Below are positions 50,329 through 61,200 of a DNA stretch of 64,000 nucleotides, piece by piece (positions within the stretch are counted from its first letter, which is position 1; each line of letters begins with the position of its first letter). Source of the DNA: Stramenopiles sp. TOSAG23-6 (Eukaryota); the NCBI GenBank assembly GCA_900128565.1, contig LT635911.1:1-64000 (forward strand), given 5' to 3'. A program made the translations under genes and the position numbers. The notes under the pieces were generated by a model, which had not been told where the DNA came from, did no database searches, and saw only the letters and a program-made list of their open reading frames with translations.

Positions 50329-53300
50329 ATGTTTAGCAATAAACCAGAATCAGATGATGATTTAATTTCTAATGGTGATGCGTGGCTTAAATCTCCTAAT
50401 TTACTAAATTCTCAGTTGAATGGTGTGAAAAAAGCATTAGTAAAACTGACGCAAAATGAAAATTCAACGGAAAGCTCTTCAACAGTAACTTCAAATGTGA
50501 GCGATATCACAGTGATGGACTATCTTTTGGAATCCATGGTAAGACATCTACGTATTCGTCCTGGGCAAGCCTTTGCCCTCCTCACAATGAACAGAGATGC
50601 TTTGAGATCTTTTTTTCGACACGGAATTTCACCAGCAAATGAAAAAAAGACAAATAAGTCATTGAATTTTGATGTTCTTATAAATTGGATGAATGGAATA
50701 TATGATACAGCAATATCAAAAACATCGTGTTTTCGTTTATTCACTGATGTATCACATGTCTTATTTCTTTTAAGTATATTGAGAAGTGGAATCTTGTCAA
50801 CTTCAGAAGATTTGTCAGCCGCTAGTTGTAGAGCTTTGGCAGCGACCATCACAACAATTAAAATTTCTTATTCCAACACTACTAAAAACCGTTTCATTCA
50901 AACGACAAATGATACAACAAATAATATTGGTGATCAGTCAGGAAATTATGATAAAAACTCAAATGACTCAAAAATGTCAAAAATATTGAATGGTTTCCCG
51001 CTATGGTTTTGGAGTTGGTTTTTGCTACCAGATCAAAAAGTTATTAAAAATATGTACAATCTCAATGTCTCAAATAAAAACTTCTCCAACGGTGACCAAA
51101 TATCAGTATTTGGGGTAAATGATGACAGTAAAAATAAATCCGGTGATATACAAATGAGTAATATTGGTACGAGTGGTGGTCTTAGTGCACTCATCTGGGT
51201 TTGTCAGTTCAGTCCAAACTCTGTATCATCAATTGTTGGCTGTATCGCAGAGATCGTTCAGTATTCAGATTCAAATAATTCAGAAAAAAATCTGGCACAA
51301 TTAAGTTTATCTAGTATTCTTGGACAACACTTACAGACAAATATTTCCGTGAACAGAGCAGTAATGCTTCAATGTGAAGATTCATTACAAGAGAAACGAC
51401 AAAAATCACTTAAATTGCGCAATTTGAAAGGTAATACAACAAATTCCAAGGCAGTTACCTCTGAAGTACTTGAAGTGGCGCGCGTTCATCTTGAAGTTTT
51501 GCATTTGATGATGAAACCACTCGCTCAGTTTAAAAAGACACGAGATATAATGGCAACTTCTGAAATTATATCTGATTTGGCGTCAAAGGCATTCGAACTT
51601 ATCAATGAATGTTCAAAACAACAGGGAGCAATAAATACATATTTTGGATTTGAAGGTGAGACAAAAATTTTGGCCACCCTAGAAAGTCAAATGAATGAAT
51701 GTCATTCTGAAGCTGTCATTTTTCTATGTGAACTCTGGAAATGTTATCCTGATTGTGTGGACCGGTGTAATCTTTCTATAACACCAACAACAACAAAACC
51801 GGGAAATAACCAAAATGAAAATGGTGAAAACTTCGTACGTCCTTTGCCTCTTTTGATTGTAAATGTTTTAAAAAGTGGCGCTCGAGATACAAAATTGGCA
51901 ACAGCATTAACGTCTATTGCATGCTTGTTCAATTTGCTCGATATATTTTCTCCAAATAAGTTACAAAAGAAAAATAACAAAATGAAAACAGCAATGTTCG
52001 AAACGGTGCAAGAGAAGCAAAACCTCAACAATAATGCAGGCGCGAGCTCCTCCTTAATTCAGCAAGCTAATCAAGAATCCGAAGGAACTGCAGGGCCACA
52101 TATATTTAAAACTTTAATATTCCTATTAGTGGAAAGCTTTTCGGATGATATGACAAACCATTTCCTTGCGAGCAATTTCGTTAATGTTTTGAGGAGAAAT
52201 CCTGGTTTACCCGTTAATCTTGTGGCTGATCCGTTTACAAAGCAAATTTCACTTACAGGTTATAAAAACAATCAATTGGATATGGTTGTAGAAATTGCCA
52301 GACATCCAAAGCTTGGTATCAAACATGCAATACAGTTGCTTGATTTTTTAATTGCGACTGGCATACATGATCATCCTTTTTCCCATTTTGTATATGTTCC
52401 GATAGGAATGCTATTGAAAAGATTTGGGCGAACAGAATCTGTATCTGTTCATATTGCTCGATGTTGCTCTACTTCACTCGGAATCGTTGTCCAAGAAGAG
52501 TTATCTAATGTAAGCAGTGATTCGTGTCGGGAAATGTATGTACCACCAACGATAATTCACCAAAGAGCAATCCTTGAATTACTTTTATTTATCATTAATT
52601 TGCACATTACGCCAATTAATGAAAAAATGCGACAAGTGATTTGTGATAAGCATAGACGTTACATTAACACACACTGTGGCGCAATGCACGCTGGTATTGC
52701 ATCATTACTACGATATTGGGGTNTTAATGAAGAAATTAAGTCGGTGAATGCAAAGGAAGTATTGATGGCCGTTGACCACAGTAAAAAAAGTAAACGAAGA
52801 AGCTTGGCGGGTAAAAGGAATAAAGTGGACCCACCACAAACAAATCAAATGCAATATCTTCTTCAAGGCATAATACTTGATGCCAACGGTATTCCAATTT
52901 CAACAAATATTAGACAACTTTCTTCTTCAGGTTCTGTTCAAAGAATACAGAAAAATCAACTTGTTAAAGATAGAGAAAATGTGTTACAGTCTTCTCCAAA
53001 AACAAAGGAGTCTAAAGGTGGAAAAGGAAGTACTCAAAGTTCTCGAAAAAATATACCAAAAAATATACCACCGACTACATCAACTGCTGGAAATGTAATG
53101 AAACTAACTGATGCTAAGTTGAATGAAGAGCGAGAAAAGCGAAAAGCACTATTTTCAAACCCTGAAAACGTCGATGAGAGAAAAACAGGAATAAAAGTAG
53201 CACAGGCGAGACATCGATCAAAGGTTGAAGAATCAGAAAATGTTCAAATGCGTGAAAAACTGTTACGTGAGAAAACCAGTATAATGCGTAAGTTAAAAAA

Positions 53301-53481
53301 TGCCGCTATTTTACGAAAGAAAAGACTGAGAGAAGAAAATGCAGATGGGGATTCTTCTGCTGATGCTCAAAGAAGAAAAAAAGTTATTTTACTTCTTGGA
53401 CAAGCACGATCGGTACTAGCCCAAAGTAAACATGCAAAGAAGAAGAAGTTGTTGTTATTTTCAAGTTGTTGTGTTTTGTGA
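50329..53481 (+). CDS. Large helical protein of unknown function, truncated at the duplication junction (53436)
   Basis: 1050-aa ORF; the last ~14 codons come from the duplicated sequence. Confidence 0.65.
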   Translation: MFSNKPESDDDLISNGDAWLKSPNLLNSQLNGVKKALVKLTQNENSTESSSTVTSNVSDITVMDYLLESMVRHLRIRPGQAFALLTMNRDALRSFFRHGISPANEKKTNKSLNFDVLINWMNGIYDTAISKTSCFRLFTDVSHVLFLLSILRSGILSTSEDLSAASCRALAATITTIKISYSNTTKNRFIQTTNDTTNNIGDQSGNYDKNSNDSKMSKILNGFPLWFWSWFLLPDQKVIKNMYNLNVSNKNFSNGDQISVFGVNDDSKNKSGDIQMSNIGTSGGLSALIWVCQFSPNSVSSIVGCIAEIVQYSDSNNSEKNLAQLSLSSILGQHLQTNISVNRAVMLQCEDSLQEKRQKSLKLRNLKGNTTNSKAVTSEVLEVARVHLEVLHLMMKPLAQFKKTRDIMATSEIISDLASKAFELINECSKQQGAINTYFGFEGETKILATLESQMNECHSEAVIFLCELWKCYPDCVDRCNLSITPTTTKPGNNQNENGENFVRPLPLLIVNVLKSGARDTKLATALTSIACLFNLLDIFSPNKLQKKNNKMKTAMFETVQEKQNLNNNAGASSSLIQQANQESEGTAGPHIFKTLIFLLVESFSDDMTNHFLASNFVNVLRRNPGLPVNLVADPFTKQISLTGYKNNQLDMVVEIARHPKLGIKHAIQLLDFLIATGIHDHPFSHFVYVPIGMLLKRFGRTESVSVHIARCCSTSLGIVVQEELSNVSSDSCREMYVPPTIIHQRAILELLLFIINLHITPINEKMRQVICDKHRRYINTHCGAMHAGIASLLRYWGXNEEIKSVNAKEVLMAVDHSKKSKRRSLAGKRNKVDPPQTNQMQYLLQGIILDANGIPISTNIRQLSSSGSVQRIQKNQLVKDRENVLQSSPKTKESKGGKGSTQSSRKNIPKNIPPTTSTAGNVMKLTDAKLNEEREKRKALFSNPENVDERKTGIKVAQARHRSKVEESENVQMREKLLREKTSIMRKLKNAAILRKKRLREENADGDSSADAQRRKKVILLLGQARSVLAQSKHAKKKKLLLFSSCCVL

Positions 53482-53788
53482 CTTTTTGAACTTTCGCGCT
53501 CCTGTTCCAAAAAATTTTATTATTTGATTTTTTGTGATATTTGATTTCGTGCGCTTAAACAAAATAAAAAACAAAATATAAAAAACAAAATATTTTAAAA
53601 GTCGCTTTTTTAAAGTTTTTTATAGTGATCAAATTCATAGTGCACATCACACGCGACAAATAGACATAATATAGTAAAAAAAATCGGAGTTAGTAAAGAA
53701 TATCCACACCCATTCATTATTTTCTTTTTCGAATAGATTATTTTCATTATTTTTCCAACTTATTAAGCTTGTCTTTGACTCATTTAAT

Positions 53789-56700
53789 TTATGATACTTC
53801 CACACCCATTCTGATATTCATAGCTGCAAGTTCATTAGCTAAATAACGTACAACATAAGGCATCGATGTTTGCTTTATGTTTTTACTATTACAAGAGCGG
53901 CATTGTAAAGCATTTTGGGCAGTTTCGTGCATGATTTTACCTCCAGGAATTGCTGCGCCGCCTTTTCTGTGATATTGGAATCCGAGCATTGACCCACAAC
54001 TAGAACATACCCATGCATTATGTCTATCTGAACTATTGCAAAGACGATCTTGCAAGAGGAAAGATGTTCCATGAGCAATGAGAGAATCGCGTTCCATTTC
54101 ACCAAAACGGATTCCACCACCTCGTTTACGGCCTTTTACAGGTTGCATTGTGAGTGAATTCATTGGTCCAGTTGATCTTACCTGAGATTTATCGCTGACC
54201 ATATGTCGAAGTCTTTGATAATAAACACAACCAATGAAAATATCTGCTTGCATTTCTTCACCTGTAATTCCAGAGTACATAGGTTCACTACCATAGTAAT
54301 TGTAACCTGCAGCTTTTAGTTGTTCACCCATGTAATCTACAGCACGGTGATTTTCATCAAAGCGAAAAGGAGTTGAATCTTGAAAATGACCATGAAGAGC
54401 TCCAGCTTTACCAGCCATGCTTTCAACAAGCATACCAATTGTCATACGAGAAGGGAAAGCATGTGGATTGATAATAATATCAGGCGACATTCCACTTTCA
54501 GTAAATGGCATATCTTGTTGCGGATATAGAAAGGATAATACACCTTTTTGTCCATGACGACTTGAAAATTTATCTCCTACTACTGGATTACGATTGTATC
54601 GTAGCTTCATACTAATTTTGGTAAATTCAGATTTGCCCATACCAGGACCAAGAAGTTGTACATCTTCCACAACACATGGTTCATTATCTTTATATACTCC
54701 GTAGTGACCTATACCCGTAGTCTTATCTACAGTACAATACATAGCATCACCTTTGACAAGTCTTGTTCCGACACGTGGAAGACCATCCGAATCGATATTC
54801 TCTGCGCCTTGTTGTTGTCCTTTGCCATGTGTGGTATTTCCATTACATTCACTTACATTTCCTTCAACCGGAACTTCAACTCCAAAACGTTCTTTTGGAT
54901 TGGCTTCGCGTTCGCACAAGTCAACAGTTTTCACTTTGTACACAGATGCATGTCCAAAGCCACGATCATACGACCCTTTACCAATAATCATTGCATCTTC
55001 CATATCATAACCAGTATAACTCAATACAGCAACAACAGCATTACATCCATTACTGTGGTCATCAATACGATAGTGAACCTGTGCTTTATTTTGAACAATA
55101 GGCGCTTGTGCATGTTGAATGCGATACATTTTATTATCACGACGATTAATCCAATTGTGACATGGTGTCCCCATTGTTTGTTTACCCATCTGACACTGGT
55201 ACATATTACGCGGACTTTGGTTCATATCCGAAAAAGGTGTTAGACTAGCAACTACAGAGAGAATATTCATAGGATCGATTTCACGATGAGTAGCGTCTTC
55301 AGCTTCTGCATCCTGACAACCAATTGACATAAACATCTGCTCAAATGTACCTATCCACTCGGGAGCATTTGCACCAAGATGGTGAACTGGACGAACCAAT
55401 CGGGCAGCTTCAGCTGCAAGATATAGTCCAGGAAATGGTCCACCTCCTTCAGCAGACATTGGTAGTACTAATGCACATTCTAGATCCACAGGAACGCCTC
55501 GATTTTTACCGATTAATTTCACATCTGAGCATTCTGAAACTGGTGTAAGGTAACTACTGTTACACTTGCCAGCAGCTACACGAGATGCTAACTCTGTTAC
55601 TTTAATTCTACGTAATTCAGACACCATTTTAGTTGCACGTCCAACGGCAACAGCACCAATGACGCGCCCATCAAGCAATACTGGAAGATATCCCTTGCCT
55701 TCACCATCAACAGATTGAGAACGAGGTAGAAGCAATCTCGTATCTTCAACATCTGGAATCATTCCTAATGCAACCAATACACTTGGAAGTCTGGAAGTAT
55801 CCTGAGCTTGTGGAACAATTCTATTGTGTATAATTAATAAAACAAAATGTATACAATGAGTTGGTTGTGATATTGATTGTGACATTGATAATTAAAATAT
55901 ATTGATTGAAAATTCTAATTGATTGATTGTATTATAGTGATCATCCGGCAAGAAAATGGTGGGGTGCTTGCCTGCTGTCTACAAGACGCCCGTTGAAGCT
56001 TCTTTAAGTCTGGAGCGGCACATTGACAAAAATGTCAATAATTTGTAATCATTTCACTAGTTATACAAAAAACAATAGAATGTTACAGAAAACAAAGAAA
56101 GAAAAACAAAAAAGAAAGAATTTGTTTCGTTCAAAAAAACTTACCTTGCAGCGGCACATAAATGACTAAGAAGTCCACATGGGGAACCATCAGGAGTATG
56201 AACACAGCATAAAAATCCCCACGATTCCGGCAACAGTTTACGTACCGTTGTTGTTTTCATTTCCGCAAAAAATCTACCTCGATGTACATGTATTTTGGAA
56301 AAATATTTCAAAAAAAAAACTAAAATTTGTTAGGTACGAAATGTCGTACGAAAAAAAATTAGATAAAAAAATTGAAAAAAAATAAAACGTACTGATCGAA
56401 AATGAGCAATATACCGCAACCAATTCAATTTCTCTGCTATAATAGTAAATCCGGAATTCTGCATCAGATCAAGACCTGACGTAGATCTCAAATTACCAGT
56501 AGCAAGAAAATAGTATAATTCTTTACCTAAATCTTTTTGGCGGTCTAACGATCGTTTAATGTATGTTTCACTGTTGAATGACACACGAGAGCTATCACGG
56601 CGTAGATCAGCAAGAATAAATTGTTTTACATTAAGCATGAAGTCTTCGATTTTTTCTTTAAGAATTTTAATGTACAAATGACCAGAAGTGAGGATTTCGT

Positions 56701-57988
56701 GTGATGAAAGAGCATCAGAATTATCAGCGACACTCGTACCTTCAACAAAAGAGAAAAGTTTGCGAAGCATAAATAACAAAAGACTAAACTTTGCACTATC
56801 CGCATTATCGTTCACAATCTTAGATGACTGACTAAGATGCACAAAAATATGACGATGCAACAAAGCACGGCCAACCTGTGCATCAGACATTAATTCACAC
56901 GATAGTCCTTGTTGCAACAAAACACGGAATCGAGCACCAAGGTAAGCTAAACACTGTGTACGAGAATACATATCACCATATGTACGCCCATCTCTAAGAA
57001 TAACTTCTACATGATCAGCAACAAATGAAGAACTCTTATTTACCTTATCAGTTGATGAATTATTCCCCGTACCAACGAGACGATCGTAAATCTCACGATC
57101 AGTTACTTCTTTTAGTGCTCGCATTAAAAGAATTACTGGAACAAAAAACTCTTGTTTACGCACAAGAAATCTAACCATAACATTACCATCAGTTTGGTAG
57201 TGACAAGTTACAGTAGTACCAGATTGATCTGCAGTCACAGATCGAATTGAAGTTGCTTTAGAGGAATACTTCGGACCACGATTTGCAAAAGACGGACGAT
57301 CAAGAGATTGTACCATATTTCTCCGTGGGATTTGTAACATACGGATACAACGTTCGATACCATTACATACAAAATATCCACCAAATTCATCCGCATCCTC
57401 ATGACGACGTACAAGTTCTTTTGGAGACAAACCATTCAGGTGACAACGGTCAGAACGAACCATGATTGGAATATCTCCAACTTTTTGTTGCATACGAATA
57501 ACTGTACCATTATTAACACGTCGACAAATAGTCAACCAAAGTGGCGCATCATACGTTGTACCAAGTTGTCTACATTCTGCTGGAAAACATCGAGAGTCAA
57601 GGGAATCATCTGACCTAGTGGGGTAGCCAATCTCAGCGTCTTCAATCCACAACTGGAGAACATCTCCGTCACGTTCTTCCTCTGAAGACTCCGAATCACT
57701 ATCATCAGAACTAGATGATCCTGAAGAGCTAGACGAATCTGCTCGGGTATTGTGTTTCTTTGTATTTATGTTTGATTTCTTCTTCTTTTGCTTTGCATTA
57801 TCCATTGTAATAACAGTTGGATAAGTTGCAAGGCTATTAATAGCTGCTTCAAGACCATCATGAATCACATAGTTGAACGATTCTATATGAGGGGATACTA
57901 GCTCCTTCAAATGTTCAGAAGCATTTAGAGGATATGCACCAGGTATAGAACTGGGTGTACTCTTCTGTAAAGAGCCAACGGTAGCCAT
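53789..57988 (-). CDS. POLR1B: Duplicate copy of RPA2 (GT-AT intron at 56288-56392; snoRNA candidate at 55935-56059)
   Basis: Identical translation to 21718-25917. Confidence 0.9.
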
Positions 57989-58299
57989 GGCCCCTGGAAG
58001 AGCACCTCGATATTATATGTGAGGGCGCCTCTGATATATACAACTAAGTACTTTGTAGCACTCCTTCCTTCAACCTCGAGTGAAAATTAAACTGACTCTC
58101 AGCGCGATTACACGAAATCTTTAAAATTCAGCTGCTACTAGTAGTCAACAATTGTATGTAACTGACATGAGAGAGACACTACTACTAATATGCTTGGTAC
58201 CCCCCCATACAAACAAATTGAAAGATTGATCAGCACCACGCCATGTTTTCGGCCACATGGCCAAGGAATCACTGAAAATGCCAGAATAAAGATTTAGAT

Positions 58300-61200
58300 A
58301 TGTCTGACAAAAAATTCTTTAGAGTAGGTGCTCGTCGGAAAAGTTCTACTCCTATAGATCACTTCAATGACGAGCCAGTTGGTCAGGATATGACTGACAT
58401 TCAAGACTTACTATCGCAAATTGAAACTGGTAACGCTTCCTCCCTAAAGGTTTCACGTAACATTATATCTAGTCAGTTTGGTATATCTCCTTACACAAAA
58501 AAGAACCAAATATCTGAATCTAAAATCAAAAGACGCCGTCGAAAGCGTTATCGTCAAGAGAGACTGACTGAGAATCAAAAAAAGGACCAACTTGGTCCTA
58601 TGAATAGTTTAGTAAGTATTGGTTCGTACAATATAGGTGATATAATTGGATCGGGATATGCCGAAGACGGTTCATTTGGACCAGGTGGGAGCTTTGTAGT
58701 CCCCCCCTTATCTTCAGTTCGCTCAGTGGCAAATAAGCCACGAAGTAGTACAATTAGACGTAAAATATCAAAATCTGTCACAAGTAATCCAACTGTAGGA
58801 TTAGGGTTATTAGATAGACGTGAGGAATATTCACTACAACCGATGCATTTATCTGATAGGAAATCACAACTAACAATTGAAGAGTTTTTATCTCGACCGA
58901 AAGAACTTGAGGATGAAGCGAAGGCGTTAGAGCAAAATATACGATACAAACGAATGCAAAATGATACAAACTTTCAGGTTAAATTATATCATTTACAAAG
59001 AACAGCACAGCAACACAGAAAATACATTTTACAGAAACGAGGTATTATACCTGGATATAAATCATCCCTAAATAAAGATGAAAAACCAATAGAATATACA
59101 CCACCACCGAAATTACCAATACTCAGTGCAATTTCACCTCATATGGCAAAAGAACTAGATAAAATTCCTGCGCCCAACTTTGCCGTAAGGCAAGCAATTA
59201 AACAGATTGAAAAACAATTTACGAAAAGTGATCATTTGGATCCATTTCATGAACTTCGAAAGAAACAACATGAAACACTCGCTAGGAAACATAAATTTCC
59301 AACGTCTTATATTGGAACAACACCATTGCCACAAGTTTCACAAAAAGATTTTACAAAACCACAAGTTTCACAAAAAGATTCTACAAAAACGAAAATATCA
59401 AGACATCAAGATGTTGTGAGGACTTCAANTTCAAAAAGCAAAGATATACAAATTCATGAGAACAACATACTTGATAGAGAAAATAATAAAGACATTTGTT
59501 TACATTCAGAAAATAATGAGGGGTTTTCTGAAACAGAAAATGTAGAACAAGAAACAGATCCGAAAGTTATAAATATAGAAAAGACTCCAATAGCTCTGCA
59601 TTCAACCTCTGTCAAAAAACCAGGTTTTGTGTTACATGGTCTGTCAGCACATTGCCTGAAATCAGCTACTGGTTTAACAAGTACAAATTTAATACAAACT
59701 CCTCAGGCAATTGATCCTCCAACAAAACAAAGACACAATATTTTGAAGCATAGTGCCGAAGAATCACGGTTGCAAGTAAATGAAATGAAATATCAAAGCA
59801 CGAGAATGATGTCTGCGATGTTGCAAAGGTTACCACGGAATTTAGTCGCAAAAGCAATGAACGATGAAGTCTATGGGTTCCGAATGAAACGTTTCGTTAA
59901 CATGATTAAGAAATCTTTAAACAACATGATCATAAAATACCTTGAGCTCGGTTTGCATAGGTGGAGAGAAGAAATACAGCGACAAATTTTAGCAAGTCGA
60001 ATAAAATACGCAACAATTATTCAAAGGCGTTATAGGATATATTGGGGTTGGAAGGATATCCAGGACAAGTTGGGTAGAATTCGGAATCAGGAACGGGAAG
60101 CACAGAAAGATTCTCGTGAAAGAGTTCTCCGTCGTATTCAAGGAACGATTCACTTACAAAGACTCTATCGTGGTTACGAATCAAGAAAGAGTACAAAAAA
60201 ATTCAAACTGTTGGTAGAAAGCTGTAAGAAAGTGCAGCAGCACTACCGGATACACCACTCAAAAGCATTGATGTTTTTCCTAAAAATACTGAAGGAAGCA
60301 AAAATACGTCTTGCAGTTCATGCACAGCGAATTTTTCGAGCTTTTAGAGATAGGAAGCATGTTAAGCTTCTTTTGACTTTGCGGCGTATGCGACGAGCCA
60401 AGGTTCAACGTGAGAGGGAACGGGCAGAACGTCTTCTTTTATTTCGAAAACACGGGGCAGCTAATTATATTAAAGAATGGTGGCGTGGTATAGAACGATA
60501 TAAGCAGCTTCGAAATTTAATAAAAGCTAGAAAATTCAAGATGGCGCTGAGAGTACAGCGATACATCACTGGAACATTCAAAGAAAGAAGACGTTTCCTT
60601 GCAAAGAAAAAAGTTCAGTATCACTTGCGGCGGATTCTACAGGTGCAGGCTTGCAAAAAAATTCGGGAAGATTTATATTGGTCAAAGATTCGTATTACCG
60701 CTCAACGAAGACAGAAAAAAAAACAAGCAGGAGAGGCTGACTTACAAGAGCTATCGTATTTTGGAGGTAGGTTTAAAACTGTCGTTGATATGCAAGCTCT
60801 GAAGAAAAACAAGCACAAGCTAAGACGGGCAGTAAAACTAGGTATATTTAACAAAGCTCGAAAGCTTGAGAAAGCAGCAATTTTAGTTCAAAAATGCTAT
60901 CGTGGGAAGCTTGGTCGAAAAAAAGTAAAGTGTAAAATCCATCTAATGCAAAAAGCAAGAATTAAGTCAAAAATAGAGAAAAGAATGAATGCTGTCATTC
61001 TCGTACAGAGTAGGATACGTGGACATCTAATGAAAAAGAGAGTTCTGATGAAAAGATATGGACCGGCTGCTTCGAAAATACAGCGGCGCTTTCTCAAGTG
61101 GAACTCTGCAAGAAAGAAGAAAATGGCGATAGTTCTTCAAAGATATTTGAAAGGATCAATGCAACGTAAAAAATTTCGAGCACTATTAGATAGGATGAGA

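Noticed and set aside
11545-52723. Single N bases as possible recoding or frameshift sites
   Set aside because: Frames continue through them; they are assembly ambiguities
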